From contig JAQWOV010000014.1 of the NCBI GenBank assembly GCA_029245675.1, forward strand, positions 1 to 24,000: a stretch of DNA of 24,000 bases, read 5' to 3'. Below the pieces are notes generated by a model. The model did not search any database. It saw only the letters and a list, made by a program, of their open reading frames with translations, and was not told where the DNA came from. This document shows positions 8,921-15,841 of the stretch, in pieces (the first letter of the stretch is position 1; each line of letters starts with the position of its first letter). The DNA is from Acidimicrobiales bacterium (GTDB lineage: Bacteria; Actinomycetota; Acidimicrobiia; Acidimicrobiales; MedAcidi-G1). A program made the translations under genes and the position numbers.

Positions 8921-9990
8921 GCGAAACTGTTCGGTATGGAGTAATCGGTACAGGATTGATGGGGATCGAACACATTCATAATCTTCAAGCCCTTCCGGGC
9001 GCAGAGATTGTTGCGGTAGCAGACCCCGATCAAAATTCTCTAAATCACGCCAAATCAATAGTGAACCCTCAAACTGGACTTTTTCAGAACTATAGAGATC
9101 TATTAGAACGAGGGGAATGTGATGCTTTGGTAATCGCTACCCCAAATATGACTCATACTGAAATACTTTTAGAAGTTCTAGAAACAGGATTGCCTGCTTT
9201 GGTGGAGAAACCTTTATGCACCACAGTTTCAGATTGCAAAAAAGTTATAGAGAAAGCAGGCAACCAATCAAAGATTTGGGTGGGTCTTGAATACAGGTAT
9301 ATGCCAGCTATCGCAGAACTCATCAGACAAGTAACAGAAGGCAAAGCTGGACCTATAAGTATGGTGGCGATACGGGAACACAGATTCCCTTTTCTCAAAA
9401 AAGTAGGGGATTGGAACCGATTTAATGACAACACAGGAGGAACACTGGTTGAGAAGTGTTGCCATTTCTTTGACCTGATGCGTCTTATTTCTGGATCAAA
9501 TCCAATCCGAGTATTTGCTTCTGGTGATCAAGACGTCAACCACCTTGACGAGAGTTACGACGGCCGCGTTCCAGATATTCTTGATAACGCCTATGTGATC
9601 GTTGACTTCGAGTCGGGAGCTCGCGGCATGCTAGATCTCTGCATGTTTGCAGAAGCATCTCATAATCAAGAAGAAATTTCAGTTGTTGGATCATTAGGAA
9701 AAATTGAAGCACTTGTTCCCGAATCCTTGGTTCGAACAGGCATAAGAGGAGAACATAGTCTCGGAAATATAGATACAAAGATCACATCTCATTCCGGGAT
9801 CCCATACCAAGGGCATCATTACGGTTCTTCATACATTGAACATGAACATTTCTTGAAATCTGTTCTAGAAAACTCTCCTCCGGAAAGTTCGTTAGAAGAC
9901 GGGTTATGGTCAGTGGCTATGGGAGTAGCAGCCCATCAGTCCATAGAAGAGGGAAGAGCCATAAAAATAGAAGAGGTTATGAGGAACTAG
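8917..9990 (+). CDS. Gfo/Idh/MocA-family NAD(P)-dependent oxidoreductase
   Basis: 357 aa; GVIGTGLMGIEHIHNL Rossmann motif, VADPD, ATPNMTHTEIL, ALVEKPLCTT; overlaps the AKR gene by 4 nt (ATGA). Confidence 0.93.
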   Translation: MSETVRYGVIGTGLMGIEHIHNLQALPGAEIVAVADPDQNSLNHAKSIVNPQTGLFQNYRDLLERGECDALVIATPNMTHTEILLEVLETGLPALVEKPLCTTVSDCKKVIEKAGNQSKIWVGLEYRYMPAIAELIRQVTEGKAGPISMVAIREHRFPFLKKVGDWNRFNDNTGGTLVEKCCHFFDLMRLISGSNPIRVFASGDQDVNHLDESYDGRVPDILDNAYVIVDFESGARGMLDLCMFAEASHNQEEISVVGSLGKIEALVPESLVRTGIRGEHSLGNIDTKITSHSGIPYQGHHYGSSYIEHEHFLKSVLENSPPESSLEDGLWSVAMGVAAHQSIEEGRAIKIEEVMRN

Positions 9991-11058
9991 ATGCCAACTC
10001 ATGACTCTCTAGAAATATCTTGGTTCGCAGCCCTTTGCGATGATGATTACGAATTTCTTGGCGTTCCAGATCCGTTACTGCAAAGTTCATGGGAACATTG
10101 CAAAAAGATCGTACTTAAAGCTGAGGAACAAGGATTCGACAATATTTTGCTTCCCTCGGGCTATCAGTTAGGGATTGATGGCACAAGTTTTGCTTCTGCT
10201 ATAGCAAACCAAACCAAAAAGATCAGACTGCTACTTGCTGTGCGCACCGGAGAAGTTTGGGCCCCACAGCTAGCTCGTCAGATAGCTTCCATAGATCAGA
10301 TAGCTGGTGGCCGTTTAGACATAAATATTATTTCTAGTGACTTGCCAGGCGAGAAAATAGATTCAGAAGAAAGGTATGAACGCACCACCGAATACATGCA
10401 GGTCTTACGGCAGCTCCTTGATGGCCAAGACATTGACTATCAAGGAGAGTTTATAAAATTACAAATTTCTCCTCCCCGTATCAGGACTATTTCTGGCAGT
10501 TGTCCAGCTTATTATTTTGGAGGATTTTCTGAAAATGCAAAGGAAGTGGCGGCGGCCGAAGCAGACGTGTTTCTCACTTGGCCAGACACAGTCGCGGAGG
10601 TTGACAAGACAATAAAGGAAATGACAGACCGCTCAGCAAAGAAGGGGAGAACTCTGAGATACGGTCTCCGAAGTCATGTCATTGTAAGAGAAACAGAAGC
10701 GGAGGCCCGTAAAGCCGCCGTTCAACTAGTGAGCAAACTTGATGATGGAGTTGGAGCAGAGATACGCAATCGTTCGTTAGATGCAAGTTCGGTTGGAGTA
10801 AGTCGACAAATAGAGTTACGTCAAAGTTCGAATCAAGACGGTTTCGCGGAAGAAGGGCTTTGGACAGGGATTGGGAGAGCTCGCAGCGGAGCAGGTGCAG
10901 CAATAGTTGGGGACCCCGACCAAGTCGTGAGAAAAATTAGGGAATATCAACAAATCGGAATTGAAGCATTCATATTTTCTGGATATCCCCATATAGAGGA
11001 ATGCGAAAAATTTGGGCAACTTGTGTTGCCTCATCTCACTCATCACTCACTTACCTGA
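9991..11058 (+). CDS. LLM-class FMN-dependent monooxygenase, alkanesulfonate monooxygenase (SsuD)-like
   Basis: 355 aa; LLLAVRTGEVWAPQLARQIASIDQIAGGRLDINIISSDLPGE..SEERYERTTEYM, YYFGGFSENAKEVAAAEADVFLTWPD, YGLRSHVIVRE, GRARSGAGAAIVGD, FSGYPHIEE: co-linear with SsuD. Starts immediately after the preceding stop. Confidence 0.9.
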   Translation: MPTHDSLEISWFAALCDDDYEFLGVPDPLLQSSWEHCKKIVLKAEEQGFDNILLPSGYQLGIDGTSFASAIANQTKKIRLLLAVRTGEVWAPQLARQIASIDQIAGGRLDINIISSDLPGEKIDSEERYERTTEYMQVLRQLLDGQDIDYQGEFIKLQISPPRIRTISGSCPAYYFGGFSENAKEVAAAEADVFLTWPDTVAEVDKTIKEMTDRSAKKGRTLRYGLRSHVIVRETEAEARKAAVQLVSKLDDGVGAEIRNRSLDASSVGVSRQIELRQSSNQDGFAEEGLWTGIGRARSGAGAAIVGDPDQVVRKIREYQQIGIEAFIFSGYPHIEECEKFGQLVLPHLTHHSLT

Positions 11059-11083
11059 AGTTGAGAATATTTAGAAAGATAGT

Positions 11084-11182
11084 TTACTTGCCGCGTTGAC
11101 GCTGAGCACGAGTGCGCTTAAGCATCTTGCGATGCTTTTTCTTCCGCATACGTTTACGTCTTTTTTTGATTAAAGATCCCAT
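11084..11182 (-). CDS. Very small basic ribosomal protein, bS22 / AURKAIP1-COX24-domain type (32 aa), missed by ORF track
   Basis: Reverse strand ATG 11180-11182 to TAA 11084-11086: MGSLIKKRRKRMRKKKHRKMLKRTRAQRQRGK, matching the actinobacterial consensus MGSVIKKRRKRMxKKKHRKLLKRTRxQRR. Confidence 0.93.
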   Translation of the reverse strand: MGSLIKKRRKRMRKKKHRKMLKRTRAQRQRGK

Positions 11183-11291
11183 ACCGGCGGATACCGTATC
11201 GTGCAAAGAAGCAGAATTTGCATAAATTGAAGAGTAAATTAATAAAACACTCTGTGATTGGTTATTGAAGCGGTACGATTCAGAACCAGAA

Positions 11292-11364
11292 TGGCCGGTA
11301 GTTCAACTGGCAGAACGCTGGGTTTTGGACCCAGAGGTTGGAGGTTCGATCCCTCCCCGGCCAG
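11292..11364 (+). tRNA. tRNA-Gln (anticodon TTG)
   Basis: Acceptor TGGCCGG/CCGGCCA, D-arm GTTC..GAAC, anticodon arm CTGGG-TTTTGGA-CCCAG giving TTG, T-arm GGAGG-TTCGATC-CCTCC, discriminator G; no encoded CCA. Confidence 0.96.
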
Positions 11365-11389
11365 CTAATACTTGAAAATAATTCAAACT

Positions 11390-11422
11390 AAAAAGCACTT
11401 CCGAAACACGGAAGTGCTTTTT
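11390..11422. terminator. Bidirectional rho-independent terminator between tRNA-Gln and the convergent lipoprotein gene
   Basis: AAAAAGCACTTCCG-AAACA-CGGAAGTGCTTTTT, perfect 14-bp inverted repeat with A-run/T-run on either side. Confidence 0.9.
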
Positions 11423-11426
11423 GCTT

Positions 11427-12380
11427 TTAGGTCAGACAGCCAAAAGCTGGTTTGAGGGTATTTTCGCAGTACGTGTATTCAGTGGCGTCGTCAACCCAGG
11501 GTTCTATGACGAGGCTCGAAATGTTGTAATCGTAGGTGCATCCGTTACGCCAAAAAAGTCCAAGGTCTTCATGGTCGATGTAGCTGCTAGTTCCATAATC
11601 GAAGTACCAGAAGTTGTAGTACATGGAACAGTCAGCATCCCAACGGTAACCACATTCCTCTGCAGCTTGCGTATCGCCTTCAGCTAAACCGCCCTCGTTT
11701 AGTTCTGTCCCAAAGCGGTATTGAATCTGTTCGCCTATTTCTTCGAGAGTGACAATGTCAGCTACAGCTTCGCAACGATCTTTGTAATCGATAACGAACT
11801 CGTCTTTAACGAGCCATTGAGAACCATCTTCGGAAAGTTCCCACATATCAACCCAATCACCTAAAACAGTGTCGTAGGTGAACCCGGTAGAAAGCATTGG
11901 GAACCAGTAACGAGTAGGAAGGTCTATGCCAGGGGCGATGAGTTCCTCATCCACATAATGATCTTTTCCGTAGTCCCAAGTCCAAAAGTCGTAGTACTCG
12001 CCGGTTTCTTCGTCGAGGCGGAAACCGCATGTTTCAACGAAACCTAAACAGCGAGCCTGAGGTTCAACGATGTACTCTTCTTTCGTTACCCATTCGGAAC
12101 CATCTTCAGACAGATCCCAAAGATCTACATATGTTCCTACCGAAGAATCCCATCCGTAACCACACTCTGGTAGCAGAGCTTCGCAACGAGCGAGAGGGTC
12201 TGGATCTTCTGAGGTTGACGGGGGAACAAACGTCGACGTTGTTGTCGTTGATGTAGTGCTCGTGGTTGACGTGGAAGTGTTTCCAGAAACAGCTGACGTG
12301 TCAGACGTTGACGTGGAGGAGCAGGACAAAGAGAAAGCTAGTAACACGATGGTTAAAAGTTTTAGTGAATATGTTTTCAT
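11427..12380 (-). CDS. Putative lipoprotein with Ser/Thr linker and several Asp/Trp/Tyr-rich internal repeats; function unknown
   Basis: ORF track gives 417 aa from 12680, but a convincing signal begins at internal Met 101 (ATG 12378-12380): MKTYSLKLLTIVLLAFSLSCSSTSTS..., 317 aa. Imperfect lipobox SLSC; then TSTSTTSTTSTTTTST; then repeats such as CGYGWDSSVGTYVDLWDLSEDGSEWVTKEE and TGFTYDTVLGDWVDMWELSEDGSQWLVKDE. Confidence 0.8.
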   Translation of the reverse strand: MKTYSLKLLTIVLLAFSLSCSSTSTSDTSAVSGNTSTSTTSTTSTTTTSTFVPPSTSEDPDPLARCEALLPECGYGWDSSVGTYVDLWDLSEDGSEWVTKEEYIVEPQARCLGFVETCGFRLDEETGEYYDFWTWDYGKDHYVDEELIAPGIDLPTRYWFPMLSTGFTYDTVLGDWVDMWELSEDGSQWLVKDEFVIDYKDRCEAVADIVTLEEIGEQIQYRFGTELNEGGLAEGDTQAAEECGYRWDADCSMYYNFWYFDYGTSSYIDHEDLGLFWRNGCTYDYNISSLVIEPWVDDATEYTYCENTLKPAFGCLT

Positions 12381-12486
12381 TGTTTTCTTTCTTGTATTAG
12401 ATATTAATACTTTTGGCGTTTGAGAAACTCTGTTAGTTCCCAGAGATAAACAAAAGTTATTTTCTAGTGATGCTTCTTTTTCCAAA

Positions 12487-13347
12487 ATGGTCCATGATGA
12501 ATCTATGGCGGAACTTGAAATTTTCGATAACGGAGTTTCTATTGAACAAATCATTCCTTCGTTAGAGCGTGATGGCGCAGTCATTATCCGAGACCTACTG
12601 TCGGCGGAAGCAACTAGCCAAATTATTGAAGACCTTTCCGAAACGTTAGAGGCAAGTACACCTGGTTCGAAAAGCGGCATAGAAAGTTGGGAAGATTTCC
12701 ATGGGGATAAGACAGTTCGTTTCTGTGGACTTGCGGCAAAAAGCCGAGCGTTCGTAGACCATGCTCTCTTAAATGAATATTTAATAAAAGTATCTGACCA
12801 CTACCTTCTCAAAAGTTGTGCAGACTACTGGTTAAATACTGGACAGGTTATGGTAGTTGGGTCATCAGAGCCTGCCCAATATTTACATAGAGACGAAGAT
12901 AATTGGCCAGAAGCTATGAGTAAAGATCATGAAATAACGTTCAGCTGCATGTATGCACTTTCAGATTTCACAAAAGAAAATGGTGGAACTGTGGTAATTC
13001 CAGGATCACAAAACCGTCCAACAGGTGTAATTAGAGGACTGGAAGTCCCACCAGAAGAGATTGCATATGCAGTGATGCCGGCTGGCAGTGGAATGATTTA
13101 CTCCGGCAAAGTAGTGCATGGCGCAGGATCAAATATTACGGAACAAATGCGTTACGGGATGCATGTGAGTTTCGTGGCAGGGTGGCTACGACCAGAGGAA
13201 GCAAGTCCTTTAGTAATCGATAAAGAGACCGCGGCCACGTTGCCGCCGCGAGCCCGTCAACTCTTAGGCTGGGGTTCCTATCACTCGGTCGGCGGAGGAC
13301 GCACTTGGCTCGTTGACTTTGATGATGCCGATCACCTATTTGATTGA
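12487..13347 (+). CDS. Phytanoyl-CoA dioxygenase (PhyH)-family Fe(II)/2-oxoglutarate-dependent oxygenase-like protein
   Basis: 286 aa (real start may be ATG at 12505); LERDGAVIIRDLLS, QYLHRDEDNWP (HxD), ENGGTVVIPGSQNRP, VHGAGSNITEQMRYGMHVSF (distal His + Arg). Confidence 0.85.
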   Translation: MVHDESMAELEIFDNGVSIEQIIPSLERDGAVIIRDLLSAEATSQIIEDLSETLEASTPGSKSGIESWEDFHGDKTVRFCGLAAKSRAFVDHALLNEYLIKVSDHYLLKSCADYWLNTGQVMVVGSSEPAQYLHRDEDNWPEAMSKDHEITFSCMYALSDFTKENGGTVVIPGSQNRPTGVIRGLEVPPEEIAYAVMPAGSGMIYSGKVVHGAGSNITEQMRYGMHVSFVAGWLRPEEASPLVIDKETAATLPPRARQLLGWGSYHSVGGGRTWLVDFDDADHLFD

Positions 13348-13405
13348 ATCAGAAATGCTCCTAGTCTGTAATACACAAGCCACTAGCAAAGGTAAGCGAC
13401 TTTAA

Positions 13406-14386
13406 ATGGAACTAGTTACCCATAAAAATCTTTATTTAGTCGCCGGACGAGTGAGTCAATCTTTGGGTACAGAAATAGCAAATTTAATGGGCGAGGAACT
13501 TGGCGAACCAAACCTTGAAGATTTCGCCAATGGTGAAATACATTGCAAATTCTCTGAATCCATTCGCGGTAGTGACGTTTTCATCATCCAGACTCACTGC
13601 CAAACACCGGACTCCTCCATCAACGATGCCGTGATGGAACAACTCATCATGGTGGATGCAGCGAAACGAGCGTCGGCGAAACGAATAACAGTGGTTTGCC
13701 CCCATTACGGATATGGGCGCCAAGACCGGAAATCAACTGGACGAGAACCTATTACCGCAAAATTATTGGCAAACCTTTTCAAAAGTGCCGGAGCAAGTCG
13801 CCTAGTGGGAATAGATCTTCATTCAGGTCAGATCCAAGGATTCTTTGATGGCCCAGTAGACCACCTTACGGCCATGCCCGTACTCGTAGAACGACTTAAA
13901 GGTTTAGAAGGAGAAATCTCAATAGTTTCTCCAGATGCCGGTCGAGTAAAAGTGGCTGAACGTTACGCAATGCAACTAGGGGCTGATCTCGCGATTGTTC
14001 ATAAACGTAGAAGCCATACAGCTTTCAATACTGTTGAAGCAAAAGAAGTAGTTGGAGATGTTGATGGCAAGACTTGCGTAATTGTTGACGACATGATTGA
14101 TACAGCTGGAACTATTTGTGCGGCATCAGAACAACTGAAAGAAAAAGGCGCAGAACGAGTGATCGCAGCCACCACTCACGGGGTATTTTCTGGCCCAGCC
14201 ATGGAACGCCTCGCTGAGTCATCAATAGAAAAAGTTCTTGTTACCAATACTTTGCCCATGCCCGAAGGGTACGACAATGAATTAATAGAAGTTCTATCAA
14301 TAGCACCACTAGTAGCAGAAGCGTTGCAAGCAGTATTTCAAGATGCTTCAGTAAGCGAAATCTTTGGCGGAGATCATCTGTCATAG
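13406..14386 (+). CDS. prs: Ribose-phosphate pyrophosphokinase
   Basis: 326 aa; DVFIIQTHCQTPDSSINDAVMEQLIMVDAAKRASAKRITVVCPHYGYGRQDRK, DLHSGQIQGFFD, VSPDAGRVKVA, VIVDDMIDTAGTI. Confidence 0.98.
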   Translation: MELVTHKNLYLVAGRVSQSLGTEIANLMGEELGEPNLEDFANGEIHCKFSESIRGSDVFIIQTHCQTPDSSINDAVMEQLIMVDAAKRASAKRITVVCPHYGYGRQDRKSTGREPITAKLLANLFKSAGASRLVGIDLHSGQIQGFFDGPVDHLTAMPVLVERLKGLEGEISIVSPDAGRVKVAERYAMQLGADLAIVHKRRSHTAFNTVEAKEVVGDVDGKTCVIVDDMIDTAGTICAASEQLKEKGAERVIAATTHGVFSGPAMERLAESSIEKVLVTNTLPMPEGYDNELIEVLSIAPLVAEALQAVFQDASVSEIFGGDHLS

Positions 14387-14396
14387 GTAAAGATTC

Positions 14397-14440
14397 AGAC
14401 CGGAATGACCCAATTCTTCGCTAGAATCGTTCATCGGTCT
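14397..14440 (+). promoter_or_regulatory. Imperfect long stem-loop in the prs-rplY intergenic region; possible 5' UTR or processing element
   Basis: AGACCG(14397-14402)/CGGTCT(14435-14440), GAATG/CGTTC with one G-T pair, ATTCT/AGAAT closing loop TCGCT; AT bulge and ACCCA internal loop; no following T tract. Confidence 0.4.
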
Positions 14441-14504
14441 TAATACAAATAGATAAAGATCTATTCGAAACAACAGTTTTGTATATAAATAAGAAAGTTT
14501 TTCA

Positions 14505-15188
14505 ATGGAAGAGATTGTGCTTGCAGCAGATACCGGTCGAAACTCCGGCACACGGACATCAAAACGGCTACGAACAACAGGGAGCATTCCAGGAGTTCTT
14601 TATGGCCTTAGCGACGACTCAATACCCCTATCCGTAAAGTGGCCAGAGTTGCGCCTTGCCCTCACGACTGATGCTGGCGTGAATGCTGTTATCCAACTCG
14701 AAGTAGATGGAAAGCGTCATATGAGTATCGTGAAAGATATTCAACGTCATCCAGTGAGACGAGATGTGATACACGTTGATTTTCTTCGCATTGATCCAAA
14801 TCAGACAGTAACTGTAGATGTTCCAGTCATCATGATAGGAGACGCATTAGAGGTAACTCAGGCCAACGGAATGGTTGATCAAAACCTCTTCTCGCTGACT
14901 GTTGACGCTCCTCCTATGTCCATCCCGAATGAATTTAAAGTCGATATTTCAAGCTTGACGGTTGGAGATGCGATCCGAGTATCAGATATTGGATTACCTG
15001 AAGGCGTTACCACTGAGGCTGATCCTGAAGAAACTGTTGCGGTCGGAATGATCACTCGATCCACACTTGAAGCCATGGCGGCTGAAGAAGCTGCTGCAGC
15101 TGAAGGCGAAGAAGGCGAAGAGGGTCAAGAAGTCGGAGCAGAAGCTTCCAGCGAAGACCAGGGTGACTCCGAAGATTCTGAAGAGTAA
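14505..15188 (+). CDS. rplY: 50S ribosomal protein bL25 (CTC form)
   Basis: 227 aa; RNSGTRTSKRLRTTGSIPGVLYG, HVDFLRIDPNQTVTVDVPV, long acidic C-terminal tail. Confidence 0.93.
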   Translation: MEEIVLAADTGRNSGTRTSKRLRTTGSIPGVLYGLSDDSIPLSVKWPELRLALTTDAGVNAVIQLEVDGKRHMSIVKDIQRHPVRRDVIHVDFLRIDPNQTVTVDVPVIMIGDALEVTQANGMVDQNLFSLTVDAPPMSIPNEFKVDISSLTVGDAIRVSDIGLPEGVTTEADPEETVAVGMITRSTLEAMAAEEAAAAEGEEGEEGQEVGAEASSEDQGDSEDSEE

Positions 15189-15229
15189 CAGTTTGCACTG
15201 TCGTCCAGCCTCGGTTTGGAGAGGTTGCC

Positions 15230-15841
15230 ATGTTGAGACGCTCATTTAAAAAGAATTCATCTGAATCCAATAGATTCTTAGTCGTTGGCTTAGGTAATCC
15301 AGGCAAAGATTATGACGGGACTCGCCATAACGTTGGAGCTGCTGCAGTTCAAGCACTAGGAATTGCTCATGATTCTCCTCTCAAAAAGTTGAGAGAGCAG
15401 GCGCTTACTAACGAGATATTGATTGATGGCGAAAGAGTCATTCTGGCATTTCCACAAACGTTTATGAATAACTCAGGGCAGTCAGTCTCTGCATTAATGA
15501 GAAAAAATGGTGTCAAAAACCCGGAGAATCTGATTGTCGTCCATGATGAAATGGACATTCCCACTGGCGGTTTACGAATTAAGTCTGGGGGAGGATTAGC
15601 AGGACACAACGGACTTAAATCAATAACTGCTCATTTAAAGACACAAGATTATCTCCGCATACGAATTGGTGTAGGTAAACCGTCTAACAGAAATAAAGGT
15701 GCTAATTACGTACTAAATCGACCGAATAAAGTTGAACAAGAGGAACTTTCAATCGTCATTCAAGAAACAGTCGATGCTATTGAAGCGATAATTAGCGAAG
15801 GCATTGATGTTGCTATGGCAAGATTTAACAGCCGTTCGTGA
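15230..15841 (+). CDS. pth: Peptidyl-tRNA hydrolase
   Basis: 203 aa; VVGLGNPGKDYDGTRHNVGAAAVQAL, FMNNSGQSV, VVHDEMDIPTGGLRIKSGGGLAGHNGLKSI. Confidence 0.97.
   Translation: MLRRSFKKNSSESNRFLVVGLGNPGKDYDGTRHNVGAAAVQALGIAHDSPLKKLREQALTNEILIDGERVILAFPQTFMNNSGQSVSALMRKNGVKNPENLIVVHDEMDIPTGGLRIKSGGGLAGHNGLKSITAHLKTQDYLRIRIGVGKPSNRNKGANYVLNRPNKVEQEELSIVIQETVDAIEAIISEGIDVAMARFNSRS

Noticed and set aside
11292-11364. tRNA-Gln as integration site of a mobile island
   Set aside because: No integrase gene or repeated tRNA 3' end is visible in the window.
11421-11687. 88-aa plus-strand ORF
   Set aside because: Starts inside the terminator and is antisense to the repeat lipoprotein, whose protein structure is more coherent.
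15090-15188. Repeat-like GCTGAAGAAGC/GAAGGCGAAG tract as a functional repeat element
   Set aside because: It simply encodes the acidic low-complexity tail common in CTC-type bL25 proteins.
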